Both the position numbers and the translations under genes were made by a program. 64,000 bases of DNA from Octopus vulgaris. Its lineage: Eukaryota. A model generated the notes under the pieces. The model worked only from the letters and a program-made list of their open reading frames with translations. It had not been told where the DNA came from and ran no database searches. The stretch covers positions 44,578,001 to 44,642,000 of the forward strand of contig OX597832.1 of the NCBI GenBank assembly GCA_951406725.2. The letters are read 5' to 3'. Positions 1 through 15,532 of the stretch are shown piece by piece; within the stretch, counting starts at the first letter, position 1; each line of letters opens with the position of its first letter.

Positions 1-627
1 GGCTGCATCTTACCTGTTTGAACATAAAACAGGTAGAATATTTTGGCTGAATATGGACAGTTTAGATGCTAAAGAGACTTTATAACAGAGTGATAGATAC
101 ATTGGTTTTACTGCAGAATTAGGTGTCCATAGATTCCGTACATCTATTAATCTGCTATAAAGAAGTTGATGGTTTGGTGATGAAAAATAATACATTGCAA
201 ATCAAACACTTCCATTAATGAAACGCATCTTTTATCTTTTACTTGTTTCAGTCATTAGACTGTGGCCATGCTGGGGCACTGCATTGAAGAACTTATTAGC
301 CAAAGTACACTTTTGATTTTTAAAAGCCAGGTATGTATTCTTTTGATCTCTTTTGCTGAACTGCTAAGTTATGGGTATGTAAACACACCAAACACCAGTT
401 GTTTAGTGGTTGTGAGGGACAAACACACACATCACTGGCTTCTTGCACTTTCCACCTACCAAATCCATTCATGTGACTTTGAAAAGTTAAAGTCAATTAT
501 ATCAATGTCAGGGCATATCTTGTTGATCTCAGAAAAGGATGAGAGAAAAAGTTGACTGGGAACAAAAGATTGTAATAGAGAAGACTTAAAATACTACCAG
601 ATATTTTGTTTAATACTGAGCTTTTAA

Positions 628-662
<35 letters not shown>

Positions 663-690
663 TGTGTGTGTACATGTGTGTATTTCTGTG

Positions 691-723
<33 letters not shown>

Positions 724-1464
724 ATGCATACACATACATGCATACATACAGTGGTAGGAAAAATGAAACAATGCATGAGTATATATATTTTGTTTATTTT
801 TAATCTTCAGAATTTACAAAGTGATTCAACGACCCAAAGTTTCATGCATGGCACTTGTCGGTGCCACGCATGAAACTTCTGGCACTTCGGCCAATTAAAA
901 AAACCCTCTTTCAATTAAAAAAGATAATAAAATATATAAATACATGTGCATAGATATATATAAATATATATATATATATATACACACATACACATATATA
1001 TGCACAGATATATATATATATATCTTATGATACACACATATATATATATTATAAGATTTTAAGTTGGTAATAGCATCTTTTGGTGTTTATTTTTCCAGCA
1101 CATGGAAAGGCTTATAGCCAACCTCTTGTTATAATAACTAATATATATACACACACACATATATATATATATACACACATATGTGCCGGTGGCACGTAAA
1201 AAGCACCCACTACACTCTTGGAGTGGTTGGCGTTAGGAAGGGCATCCAACTGTAGAAACTATGCCAAACCAAGATTGGAGCCTGGTGTAGCCATCTGGTT
1301 CACCAGCCCTCAGTCAAAATCGTCCAACCCATGCTAGCATGGAAAGCAGACGTTAAACGATGATGATGATGATGATGATACATACATATATATACACACA
1401 CACATCCATACCTAAACACACACACACATATATGTACATATATATGTGTGTGTATGTATATATA

Positions 1465-1504
<40 letters not shown>

Positions 1505-2169
1505 AATAGTTCATTTTATGTATTTAATGTATATATAGAAATAAAAACAGTTTTATGTTAACAGATCTCAAATAGTAGTTAGCAAAATTTGTAATAGCAA
1601 CACATCAAATGTTTGGGCGCATGCTTGAATGGATTAAAAGAAAACCAATAGATTATGGAAACCATATTTTGGAAAAACCTGAAAGGTAGAAAAATTGCAA
1701 AGTGTAATATTTGCATACCATACATACATACATGGCGTATTTATGAATGACTCACAGTGTGTTGTGTGTGTGTCTGTGTGTGTGTGTGTGTGTTTTAGTG
1801 ATAATGTCAAAAAGGGGGGAAAAAAAGAAGAACAAAAAGACAAAAACACTTTTATGTGACTAAAGTTTGGAAATATCTTAATGGGGAAAAAGAAAATAAA
1901 TAAAATTCTCGAAAATTTTAATTTCGTAATCAATCTCTGTCTTTGAAATATTGGTAATATTTGTGAACGAAATAAATGTAGCATGCAAAATAAAATATGG
2001 TTTAAGAATAAAAAGAAAAAGAAAAAACAAAAAAAAAATGGGAAAGAAAAGAAAAGAAATTCTATTATCACCTCCATTAAAATATGGCATGTGGACCACA
2101 TAAATCCAGAAGTTTCTTTTGATGGCTACAATGAATTAGTAATATATATATACACAGACACATACATAT

Positions 2170-2238
<69 letters not shown>

Positions 2239-2321
2239 TATATACATATACATATATATACATATATATATACATACATATATACATACATATATACATA
2301 CATATATATATACATATATAC

Positions 2322-2352
<31 letters not shown>

Positions 2353-2365
2353 CATATATATATAC

Positions 2366-2396
<31 letters not shown>

Positions 2397-2471
2397 CATA
2401 TATACATACATATATATATACATATATACATATATATATACATATATATATATATATACATATATATATAC

Positions 2472-2502
<31 letters not shown>

Positions 2503-2530
2503 CATATATATATACATATATATATACATA

Positions 2531-4954
2531 TCTCATGGATCTCATCCATAATGTGAAAGTGACACCGACACTACTCTCGGATCACAACATGGTAGAGCTG
2601 ACCATGTACGGGCCAAAAGAGAGCACGGACATGCAGCCTACAAGAAACCCTCAAAATCTTTCCAGCTTGAACTACCATAAGGCAAACTGGAAACAAATTG
2701 AGAAAGAGATCCTCAAACAAAACTGGCCTGAATGTCTCTCCTCGCCAGACATCGACGTGAAACTTCAACAATTCATGTCTGTAATGCAAGCCATATGCTA
2801 CAAATGTGTCCCAGAGAGAAAGGCCACTGTACACAAGAACAAAATCCCCAGAGAGAGGAAAATTTTAATGAGACGGCGTACGAAATTTTCAAATCGCCTA
2901 AACAAACAGATTGAAAGCAGTGAAAAGTCCCGCCTAAAAATAAAACTGTTGGAAATCGAAAAATGTCTGCAACTCTCCCATGAAAAAGAAAGAGCAGACA
3001 AAGAAGCCTGGGCTATAGAAAACATAAAATCTAACCCCAGAGCTTTCTACAGGTATGCCAAAGAAACAGCTACAGTGCACTGTAGAATAGGGCCACTCCT
3101 CGAAAAGGATGGCACACTTACAGGAAAACCAATGAGGGTAAGTGAAATACTGAATGAGCAATTCAAGAGTGTTTTCACTCCACCCCTTGGGCATCTCCAA
3201 ATCACCAATCCAACTGACTTTTTTACCACTGCAGATATAAAATCAGAGGCGGCGACGATAGATTACATCGATATAAATGAAGACGATGTAACCAAGGCTA
3301 TAGATGAAATGAAAACAGACTCAGCTACTGGCCCCGATGGATTCCCGGCAATCCTCCTAAAAGCATGTAAGAGAGTCCTAGCAAGACCACTGCAGTTCCT
3401 CTTTCAGAGCTTCCTTGCAGCTGGCAAACTTCCAGGAAAACTGAAGGAAGGTAAAATATGCCCCATTCATAAAGGAGGTAGCAGAGCGGAAGCCAAGAAC
3501 TATAGACCTATCTCTCTGACCTCACACATCAGCAAGGTCATGGAACGAATAGTCAGAAGGAAGCTGATCACCTTCCTTGAAGAGAATGACTTGCTGCCCG
3601 ACACCCAACATGGTTTCCGGCCAGGGAGAAGCTGTTTAACTCAGCTCCTACAACACTATGACTGGGTGCTGAAACGGCTGCTCAACCACTCAAATGTGGA
3701 AGTGATATATCTCGACTTTGCAAAGGCCTTTGATAAAGTCGATCATGGAATGATATGTCACAAACTGCGTGATCTCAACATAGTTGGAAAACTGGGAGAA
3801 TGGCTTCATGACTTTCTGAAGGATAGAAGTCAGGTGGTAGTAGCCAATGGGGCCACCTCCATTAACACACAAATAGTGAGCGGTGTTCCGCAGGGCACTG
3901 TTCTGGGACCACTACTGTTCATAATGGCTCTCTCAGACATGCCCTCAGCCACGCAGAGAGCCACGATCACAAGTTATGCAGATGATACAAAAGTTTCACA
4001 GGCAATACAGAACCCTGAGGACACTAAACACCTGCAATGTGAGCTGGACGAAATATACAAGTGGGCTGAAAAGAATAGCATGCAGTTCAATGCTGGAAAG
4101 TTTCAAGCTTTATACTATCAGCATGCAAAACTGAATGCAATACCCAATGAATACACTGGACCCGGAGGGATTGCAATCCCAGAGGCACAATCAGTGCGTG
4201 ACCTGGGTATTCACATGAGTGATGACGCGACCTTTCATGTACATGTTGCTAAACTGACAATGAAATGTAGACGGCTGGCTGGATGGATTCTTAGAACCTT
4301 TAGAACAAGAGAACAAGAAACCATGATGGTCCTCTGGAAGACACTTGTCCTAAGCCACTTTGACTATTGCTCTCAGCTATGGTCACCAACCAGTGTCAAG
4401 TTGATCACAGAACTTGAGGCGATCCAACGAAGCTACACAAAGAAGATAGCCTCTATGCAGAATGTAAGCTACTGGGAAAGACTCAAGAGATTAAAATTAT
4501 ATTCCCTGGAGCGTAGGCGGGAAAGATATGCCATAATATACATCTGGAAGATCCTGGAGGGAAGTGTCCTGAACTTTGGCATCGAGAGTTACGCAAATGC
4601 CAGAACTGGGCGCCACTGCGTGGTGCCTAGGACTCCAAACCTGCCATCAAGATGTAGGACAAGATACTGTGATAGCCTGGGCTTCCGAGGCCCACAGCTC
4701 TTCAATATCCTCCCGAAGAACCTGAGAGACCTGCATGGGGTGGATACAGATGTCTTTAAAATGAAGCTGGATCTCTTCCTGTCAGGTGTCCCAGATGAAC
4801 CAACTTCATGGCAGGAGGGGCAGATGAGGGCAGCTGCATCGAACTCTCTCATGCACCAAATAGCAGTTGCTAGAAAGCCTCCATGAAGTGAAACCAAGTA
4901 GCAACACCAAATGGCGGTGCCCCAGCATGGCCACAGCTCATAAGCTGAAACTAG

Positions 4955-4985
<31 letters not shown>
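2531..4985 (+). mobile_element. 5'-truncated CR1-group non-LTR retrotransposon (LINE)
   Basis: Endonuclease C-terminus (SDH), full RT domain, short 3'UTR with stem-loop, (AATC)n tail; flanked by (TA)n arrays. Confidence 0.92.
2535..4886 (+). CDS. LINE ORF2, partial (APE end plus reverse transcriptase), about 783 aa uninterrupted
   Basis: Motifs [55 protein letters not shown]; the ORF-track extension from 1983 is microsatellite read-through. Confidence 0.92.
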   Translation: MDLIHNVKVTPTLLSDHNMVELTMYGPKESTDMQPTRNPQNLSSLNYHKANWKQIEKEILKQNWPECLSSPDIDVKLQQFMSVMQAICYKCVPERKATVHKNKIPRERKILMRRRTKFSNRLNKQIESSEKSRLKIKLLEIEKCLQLSHEKERADKEAWAIENIKSNPRAFYRYAKETATVHCRIGPLLEKDGTLTGKPMRVSEILNEQFKSVFTPPLGHLQITNPTDFFTTADIKSEAATIDYIDINEDDVTKAIDEMKTDSATGPDGFPAILLKACKRVLARPLQFLFQSFLAAGKLPGKLKEGKICPIHKGGSRAEAKNYRPISLTSHISKVMERIVRRKLITFLEENDLLPDTQHGFRPGRSCLTQLLQHYDWVLKRLLNHSNVEVIYLDFAKAFDKVDHGMICHKLRDLNIVGKLGEWLHDFLKDRSQVVVANGATSINTQIVSGVPQGTVLGPLLFIMALSDMPSATQRATITSYADDTKVSQAIQNPEDTKHLQCELDEIYKWAEKNSMQFNAGKFQALYYQHAKLNAIPNEYTGPGGIAIPEAQSVRDLGIHMSDDATFHVHVAKLTMKCRRLAGWILRTFRTREQETMMVLWKTLVLSHFDYCSQLWSPTSVKLITELEAIQRSYTKKIASMQNVSYWERLKRLKLYSLERRRERYAIIYIWKILEGSVLNFGIESYANARTGRHCVVPRTPNLPSRCRTRYCDSLGFRGPQLFNILPKNLRDLHGVDTDVFKMKLDLFLSGVPDEPTSWQEGQMRAAASNSLMHQIAVARKPP

Positions 4986-5155
4986 CATATATATATACAT
5001 ATATACATATATATATACATATATATACACATATATACATATATATATACATATATATACATATATATATATATATGATATAATATATATATATATAATA
5101 TAATATATATATATATATAATATAATATATATATATATATAATATAATATTATAT

Positions 5156-5187
<32 letters not shown>

Positions 5188-5205
5188 ATATAATATTATA
5201 TATAT

Positions 5206-5381
<176 letters not shown>

Positions 5382-5607
5382 ATGTTTGTGGCTGGGTGCT
5401 TTGGAAACCTGGGTACTATAAGCTTCGACACACGTCTGTGTAGTTAACGAATCGGCTCTGAAAGTACATAGTTCCCACCTCAGTCCCACCACATAGCACT
5501 TTTATAAAATGTCTCTTACCATTGCATCAGATTTATCAATACCTTGTAACTGAGATTGAATAGATGAAAACTGTACAGAAGCTCATCATATATATATATA
5601 TACATAC

Positions 5608-5679
<72 letters not shown>

Positions 5680-5840
5680 TTATTTGCTTATGTCTCATAA
5701 ATTAATAGCTTGACAAACAGAGATTGATAACTTAAGTGTCAAAGTTAAAATATATCCTAGGGTAAATATTATCAACTAAACTCTTGAAAGCGGTTTCCCT
5801 CATGGTCATAATCCATATGCATATTATATATATATATATA

Positions 5841-6250
5841 GGCGCAGGAGTGGCTGTGTGGTAAGTAGCTTGCTAAACAACCACATGGTTCTGGGTTCAG
5901 TCCCACTGCGTGGCATCTTGGGCAAGTGTCTTCTGCTATAGCCCCGGGCCGACCAATGCCTTGTGAGTGGATTTGGTAGACGGAAACTGAAAAGAAGCCC
6001 GTCGTATATATGTATATATATATATATGTATGTGTGTGTTTGTGTGTCTGTGTTTGTCCCCCTAGCATTGCTTGACAACCGATGCTGGTGTGTTTACATC
6101 CCCGTCACTTAGCGGTTCGGCAAAAGAGACCGATAGAATAAGTACTGGGCTTACAAAGAATAAGTCTTGGGGTCGATTTGCTCGACTAAAAGGTGGTGCT
6201 CCAGCATGGCCGCAGTCAAATGACTGAAACAAGTAAAAGAGTAAAAAGAG
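5841..6250 (+). mobile_element. tRNA-derived SINE family A, full length
   Basis: A box TGGCTGTGTGG, B box GGTTCAGTCCC, CORE-like CTTGGGCAAGT, internal (TA)/(TG) tract, CR1-like tail ending (GTAAAAGA)n. Confidence 0.85.
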
Positions 6251-6257
6251 AGAGTAT

Positions 6258-6360
<103 letters not shown>

Positions 6361-6365
6361 CATAC

Positions 6366-6416
<51 letters not shown>

Positions 6417-6417
<1 letters not shown>

Positions 6418-6490
6418 TTAGGGAATATAATTCCAAACTTACAGGGGAAAATTCAATTTAGAACTACTAAATCAAGTTTCACAAAATATT
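6417..6490 (+). repeat. short repeat family adjoining (TA)n arrays
   Basis: ATTAGGGAAT..TCCAAACTTACAGGGAAAA..; copies near 12555-12640(-), 33590-33660(-), 38865-38930(+). Confidence 0.7.
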
Positions 6491-6495
6491 ATATA

Positions 6496-6549
<54 letters not shown>

Positions 6550-6686
6550 CATCATTTTGTATATTACCTAATCATTGGTTTATGTTTTTATCTCATATTT
6601 AATTTTTTCTATAGGATGTAATTTTTTTCTATATTGTATAATTTAATTTTTTCATTGTTGAATTGATAAAAGGTGCTTTTTTTCTA

Positions 6687-6727
<41 letters not shown>

Positions 6728-7005
6728 AAATGCCTACATCCCTAATATTTTGACATCTCTAGGCAATGTAAGTTGGATTAACTTTTGACCATAGGCTGAA
6801 ACAGCTGTAAGAAGTAGTCTTTGAATTTCAATATTTTATAATATGACTTTTAAAATCTGTATTTGTATTATTATCTTACCTATTGATTTATATAATATTT
6901 TGTTTGCTTTTGATGTTCTCATTTGTTAAATGAATAAATAATGTAACATTGTAATATCCATAAGTTGATGAACAAACTAAATTTGTTTCTCCGTTTTCTT
7001 ATTTG

Positions 7006-7048
<43 letters not shown>

Positions 7049-7102
7049 GATATATACATTACGAGTCGAGGCAAATATCAACAGCTGACCGGTGTCTGCT
7101 AG

Positions 7103-7147
7103 TCTAGGCCGACGAAGGACAATCATCCTGAAACACGTGTCCCTAGA
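7103..7147 (+). ncRNA. minimal hammerhead motif, U4C core variant
   Basis: TCTAGG-CCGACGA-AGGA-CAATCA-TCCT-GAAA-CACGTG-TC-CCTAGA. Confidence 0.7.
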
Positions 7148-8539
7148 TGCAGCCCGGGCGGCTGGAGGTATTTGTCTCCCCTTCGTAAATGTATACAAGG
7201 ACACAGGAAAAATGTGTCAAAGCCATCAGGAGGCGTCGATGCTTCCTAGGGCTATACAGTCACGTTCGTGTTAGATTGACAGTATACAACCATTCTATCG
7301 CCCCACCACCGTGCATGTCTCTACGAGAAATTTAGTATTTCTGATATATATATATAGTTGTCTGAGAATCCATAAGTCAATACAGTGAGTATATTGAGAG
7401 TTGCCAAGTGTATTAAATAATGGCCCAGTTATCCAACATCCATTATGAGACCAGTTGGTAAGATTAGCTACAATGGTTCTAAAATACTGTATACTTTTAT
7501 ATATATGCATGTGTATGTGTGTGTTTTTGTGTCTGTGTTTGTCCCTCACTACACTGCTTGACCCTGAGTAAGCTGGAAGGCTGTACCAGGCTACTGCCTT
7601 ACAATGATGATGATGGTGGCTGTGGTGACGAGGAGATAGAGGAGGAGGAGGAGAAGAAGAAGAAGAAGAAGAAGAAGACGAATAATAATAATAATAATAA
7701 TAATAATCCTTATTTTACAAGATTGAAAGAGTAATTCCATCTTTGGAGCAGAGGTGATCTGAATGGCTAAGGGCCAATTAGAAGGTAACACTAAAACATT
7801 CAAGTAAAACTAAACAGTTTAAAAAGTTTACAGACTCAACCTGCAAAAGACAACAGCAAAATCTCCTTTTAAATCATATTCTATTGTTTAAACAGAAAAA
7901 TTATTTTCCTCTATATACCCCCCCCCCTCTTGCCAAAAATATAATAACGGTCATCATTGCAATGTCTTTGATTAATATCTTGTTCGATCAAGGCTGACCT
8001 GCAACTAAACAATATTTATAGTATTTTGATACAGTCAGGAACACTTTACTACTAATTCCTCACTATGATGTAGGTTATCTAAATCAGAAAATATTCACAG
8101 ATAGATAGATATTTCTTTCCTTAACTATGCACCACCTTCACACAACTACACACAGACACACGCACACACACACACTATAAATCTATTTTCTTGGCTTGAG
8201 TTTCCTCAACCAACTGGAACAAACTCAACAGAGCAGGTTCTTGTATGGACAATTAAAAAAAAATCCCATTATATTAAAATGAACCATTCTAAAACAAAAC
8301 AAAACAAAAAACCCCACGAAAATACAAAACCAAAAACACATGAAACCTGCCGCCATTTCTTTCAGAGTTTCCCAATGACTTAGTTATTCAACAACATGTT
8401 TTATCATTTACTGATATTTATGGGAATCCGTCCTTTTATTGCTAAATTACCTAATAAACCATGCCTATTCTCTGAAACCGATTTTCTTTAAGAGGAAATA
8501 ACCAAAAAAAGGAAAGTATGTACTCATTATAATTTTCAT

Positions 8540-9871
<1,332 letters not shown>

Positions 9872-10442
9872 TTCTATTATCAAAGAAAATCTCAAGAGAA
9901 CCCATAACTTCCTTCATTTGCAAAATCAATAATCCTGGAGAGAATTATTTTGCTGTTATTTTAAACACCTTGAGTCATCTTAAGTCTTAAGTGAAAAGAC
10001 TAATATATGTAAACAGGTCAGAGAAACGAGAGAATATATATATTAAACATAAAATATCAATAAATTAAAATACATGAAAATATTATTAGAATGGTGAGTG
10101 CTGTGGAACTGAGATAAACTGTCAGGGAGACAATTCTATGGACTGAACCAGATGAGATTCTTTTATTTTAGATTGGTAAATGGAAGTCATGAATATCCCT
10201 GTCTGGTTCCTTTTTATCATAATTTTTTTCTTCATTTTCTTCCATTAAATCTAAATGTTATTTCCATTTATATTTGTCCCAGTTCCTGGACACCTAGACA
10301 GGCGCCATGATGTGGCACCATCCTGATCATCATTTACATTATTTAGATTTGACGGATATTTGTCCTCATCTTGTTTGTTGTTAACATGTTTTGGCTGATG
10401 TACTATCCACATGTGTGTATGCATGTATGTATGTATGTAGAG

Positions 10443-10485
<43 letters not shown>

Positions 10486-11663
10486 TAGATAGATAGATAG
10501 ACAGATAGATAGATAGACAGACAGATAAATACACATATGGATAAATAGATACCTCGATAAACAGATACACTCACACACACACAGAGGCTTCTGAAGGTTT
10601 CCATCTAAATTACTACAAAGCTTTGGACTATAATGAAAGAAATTTGTGTAAGGTATCACACAGGACTGAACCCAAGCCCAAATGGCTGTGAAGTCATCAT
10701 CATCATCATCATCATCATCGTCGTCGTCATTTAATATTCACTTTCCATGCTTTCCATGGGTTGGACGATTTGACTGAGGGTTGGCGAACCAGATGGCTGC
10801 ACCAGGCTCCAATCTTGATCTGGCAGAGTTTCTACAGCTGGATGCCCTTCCTAATGCCAACCACTCCGAGAGTGTAGTGGGTGCTTTTTACGTGCAGAGT
10901 GGATGCGAACTTATTATCTATACAGCTTGAATTAGAGTTTAAACATAGGTATAAATAACATTTAAATATCAGCTTTACCTCATGTAAAGCACAAATGACC
11001 AGTAATGGCAAAATCTTGATTCAAAGAGTATATAATAATCACATAAGCAACAAGATTTTCCAAAGAAAATTTGGTATATGGAAGAGAAAAAGATCACATA
11101 TGTAGTAGGTAAATTATTAATACATTTTACAAAGACATTATCTGAAACAGAAATAAAATGTTTAGTTTGAATCTAAGAGAAATCATACATTATGTTATTA
11201 AAATTCATAAATACTTTACATTTAACTGTACAACAAAAGAATATTGACTTCTGTGCTTAGAATTTCTGAAATTAATCTGGAAAAGGTTAAATGAAACATT
11301 GGTCAGAAAAACATCGCAAAAACCTAAAGATCACACAATGTTTGGCAAAAGATATTTTTACATGAATAGGATTAAGTTAAACATCTGTCTAGCAGTGAAA
11401 TAAAAATAATTTCAAAGTTCAGTGACCTACCTGCAACCTGTGAAACATTTAGGTGAAGAGACAAAGTAATTGTCTTATAAGCCATTATAAGTTGCCGGAT
11501 AACAGCTGAAGGTTTAGTCTTTGGGTAGAGAGTAGTTCAAGACGATGACGTATTGGAATGGTTACTTGTCTGATGCCTTATATAAAACTCATGGGAGATC
11601 TTTGAGCCAAGTACAGCAAGATTAATTAACCCTTTAGCATTCAGACTCCTCTGTCAAATATAA

Positions 11664-11990
11664 CTGGTACTCTGTTGGTTATGATAACGAGGGTTCCTGT
11701 TGACCTGATCGATGGAACAACCTGCTCTTGAAATTAAAATGCAAGTGGCTGAGTATTCCACAGACATGTGTCCCCTTAATGTAGTTCTCAGGGAGATTCA
11801 GCATGACACAGAATGTGACAAGTCTGGCCCTTTCGAAATACAGATACTACTAATTTTTGGCAGCTGAGTTGACTGGAGCAATGTGAAATAAAGTGTCTTG
11901 CTCAAGGACACAATGTGTTGCTAGGAATTGAACTCCTGACCTTATGATTGTAAGCCAAACACCCTAACCACTAAGCCATGCACCTTCACT
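11664..11990 (-). mobile_element. tRNA-derived SINE nested in a piggyBac-type MITE
   Basis: tRNA-like head at the 11990 end; 14-bp target duplication TCTGTCAAATATAA at 11650-11663 and 11991-12004. Confidence 0.8.
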
Positions 11991-12362
11991 TCTGTCAAAT
12001 ATAATGTTTATCTATTCACATTAAATTAATCATGCATTATCTTATAGCTTCAAAATTTCAATGATGTGACTGTTTATTTTCAGAATGACATTGTAGGAAA
12101 GAAGTGAGAAGTCTGATCTGACCAGTTTGAAGATAAAAATGGGAAAATATTTGGGCCTGATATGGCTGGTTTAAATGCTAGAAGATTAAGCATCAACAAG
12201 TTATGCAGTACCATCACAGTTTTATAGATGCCAAATTTACCATTCCATGGTATAGGACTATTGATATTTTAGAACCTTATTGTATTTTGTCAGTTGTAAG
12301 TTTTTGTTGAAGAAATGAATGAGTTGTAGGTTTTTAGACTCAATAAATAAATAATAATCGTA

Positions 12363-12393
<31 letters not shown>

Positions 12394-12454
12394 CAATGGA
12401 CTTCCACACAATTTCCATGTATCATATTCCTTCAAAAGGCATTGGTTGGCATGG

Positions 12455-12504
<50 letters not shown>

Positions 12505-12635
12505 ATTAGAAAAAAAACACCTTTTATCAATTCTAATTTTTTATATATATATTATATAGTGTGAAATTTGATTTAGTATTTCTAAATTGAATTTTTTTTT
12601 TTTTTCCTTGTAAGTTTGGATTTTATTCCTTCAAA

Positions 12636-12686
<51 letters not shown>

Positions 12687-12768
12687 AGTAGAAGACACTT
12701 ACCAAAGTGCCATACAGAAGGAATGAACTTGAAACTATGTGATCGCAAAGTGAGTTTCCTAACTTCAC

Positions 12769-12825
<57 letters not shown>

Positions 12826-12846
12826 AATATATAAATACATACATGC

Positions 12847-12879
<33 letters not shown>

Positions 12880-12978
12880 AATATATACTAATACACCTGT
12901 TTGTTTTGTACACCACCTGTCTTCGTCTTTTGTTTTTCTCGTAAACTTACCCTATATATATATATATAAATACATATA

Positions 12979-13021
<43 letters not shown>

Positions 13022-13026
13022 GTATA

Positions 13027-13415
13027 CTCTTACTCTTTACTCTTTTACTTGTTTCAGTCATTTGACTGCGGCCATGCTGGAGCACCGCCTTTAGTCGAGC
13101 AACTCGACCCCGGGACTTATTCTTTGTAAGCCCAGTACTTATTCTATCGGTCTCTTTTTGCCGAACCGCTAAGTGACGGGGACATAAACACACCAGCATC
13201 AGTTGTCAAACAATGCTAGGGGGACAAACACACACACATATATATATATACATATATATACGACAGGCTTCTTTCAGTTTCCATCTACCAAATCCATTCA
13301 CAAGGCATTGGTCGGCCCGGGGCTATAGCAGAAGACACTTGCCCAAGATGCCACGCAGTAGGACTGAACCCGGAACCATGTGGTTGGTTAGCAAGCTACT
13401 TACCACACAGCCACT
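13027..13415 (-). mobile_element. SINE family A copy
   Basis: Near-identical reverse complement of 5841-6250. Confidence 0.85.
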
Positions 13416-15532
13416 CCAATATTAATTAGAAAACCGTAGGTGAAATAAGAAACAAATATGAAAGATTACAATGCAATAAAGGTATTTTTATTTGCCCATT
13501 CCAACATACATTTACAGGTATTGATTAAGGAGGGAATAAACGAAGCTTTTTCCACCTCAGATGCTACGTTGCCGTTATATAAGAGTCATGCAGAAATTAT
13601 TAATAATAAGGAAACAACGAAAAAAATTATAAAAAAAAGAAAGACAAACAAACCAACGAATGAAATAAATGAAAGTAAAAAAAAAAGAAAATTTTGAGCA
13701 CATGTATGAAAAAAAAAAACAGACAACAACAATAAAAAAAAAAGTAATAAATAAAGGACAGCCCAAATATTGATGCCATAAAATAATCGGTAACTTGCTG
13801 ATAAGCAATGTAGTATGTCATGAGAATCTTGGGAAAGCTATCTGATGTCATAGTATGCATGAGTGCAAAAATAATTTCAGAAGAAAATATTACCAGAGAT
13901 TACTAACAAAAATAGAAGACAATTTTTTTTTTTTGCTTGTTTCCAATATATAAATATCAACTGTTACAAATACTCAACAAAATGAAGCAAAATGATAGAC
14001 AATCTAGAACAGTAGTTCTCAAATGGGTTCCATGTAAGATTTTGTTAAAATTTATATGCAATAAACTGGTTAAACTTTTACAGTACACTAAATATTTTAG
14101 CAATTATTTTAATACAATTCCTGGTAACTGATATTTAATTATAAATACATAGTAGGATTTCTTAAGCCCTGAATAGCTATGAGGGTCCATTCATGTAAAA
14201 TAGGAATCAAAGGGGGTCATAGGTAAAAAAAAAAAAAAGGCTAAGCGCTGATCAAAAACATTGGTTCCAAAACTACAAATGTAAATCTTAGAATATGTAA
14301 GAAAAGTCTTATATTTAATTTATTTTATTATTTTTAATCAGCAGAAGTTATGAAGTGACTCAAGGGTTGAGAATATCGTGGACGGCACTTATCAAATTTT
14401 TGGGTCACTTTATAAGTTTTGCTAATTAAAATAACATCTTCAAATTCTTGTACAGGGCCAGTGATTTTGCAGGGTGGAGTAAGTTGATTACATCGACTCC
14501 AGAGCACAATTGGTACCTATTTTATCGACCCTGAAGGGACGAAAGGCAAAGTTGACCTCAGTGGTGTTTGAACTTAGAATGTAAAGCTGAAGGAAATGCT
14601 AAGCATTTTGTCTGGCATAGTAATGGTTCTACCATTTCACTGCCTTCTTTTGAGTAAAATAAAATATATTTACTCATGTACTGAGTTTTGTTTATCTTGT
14701 TCTACCAAATCTATATTTAATCTATAAATATGAACAAGACATGTCAAAATGATAAGACCAACTGAAGAAATTTACAAAGCTTAACTAATTATTACACTAA
14801 TTATTATGTTAACTATAATCTTTTCTACTCTGGGCACAAGGCCCAAAATTCTTGGGGACGGGGCTAATCGGTTAGATCGACCTCAGTACGCAACTGGTAC
14901 TTAATTTATCAACCCCGAAAGGATGAAAGACAAAGTCGACTTTGGCGGAATTTGAACTCAGAATGTAAAGACAGACGAAATAGGCATTTCGCCCGGCATA
15001 CTAACTATTCAGCCAGCTTGCCATCTTACAATGTTAACTATAATAAGAACAATATAACTAGATGTGTATAGAGGCTTTAAGTGACTGATTGGACTATAAA
15101 TTATATACTGTAGGACAGACAGGATCCAGGCTTTGCTGAGGTGGATGGTGAAGGAAGGCAAAAGGAAAAGGAAACAAAAAGAACAAATAAGAATAAAGAT
15201 AGGCAGGTAGAATTAGATGTGGGCTTAATTCCAGTCTGCAAATGATTGAGAAAGCCACAGAAATGGAAACATACCACTGATATATCGCTATTTTTTTTCT
15301 CCAATTCATGTAATAATAAATTAATATGATCAATTTAAAATAACAAAACTTTGGATACCAGTAAAACACAAGAAATAAATATAAAAAATAAAGCCATATG
15401 TGAAAGAACAATAATTCTAAAAAATGGTTCACTGGCATATCCTAATGGGAATACTCAGAGTGTACAACTAATGTCCTACTGAGTATATTGTTTGTACAAT
15501 GGACATTGTTACAGAGACTGTACACAATTTTA

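Noticed and set aside
1983-2534. N-terminal 184 aa of the 967-aa ORF
   Set aside because: Poly-A and (TA)n read-through (KKKK, YIYI), not part of the LINE ORF
5841-5915. tRNA-like sequences (also 18661-18735, 11920-11990, 59682-59755)
   Set aside because: These are SINE heads: no proper cloverleaf or acceptor stem, and each is followed by a SINE body
8107-8126. Plus-strand TTCCTTAAC motifs (also about 53023)
   Set aside because: No matching plus-strand U12 donor or coding exon; probably chance in AT-rich DNA
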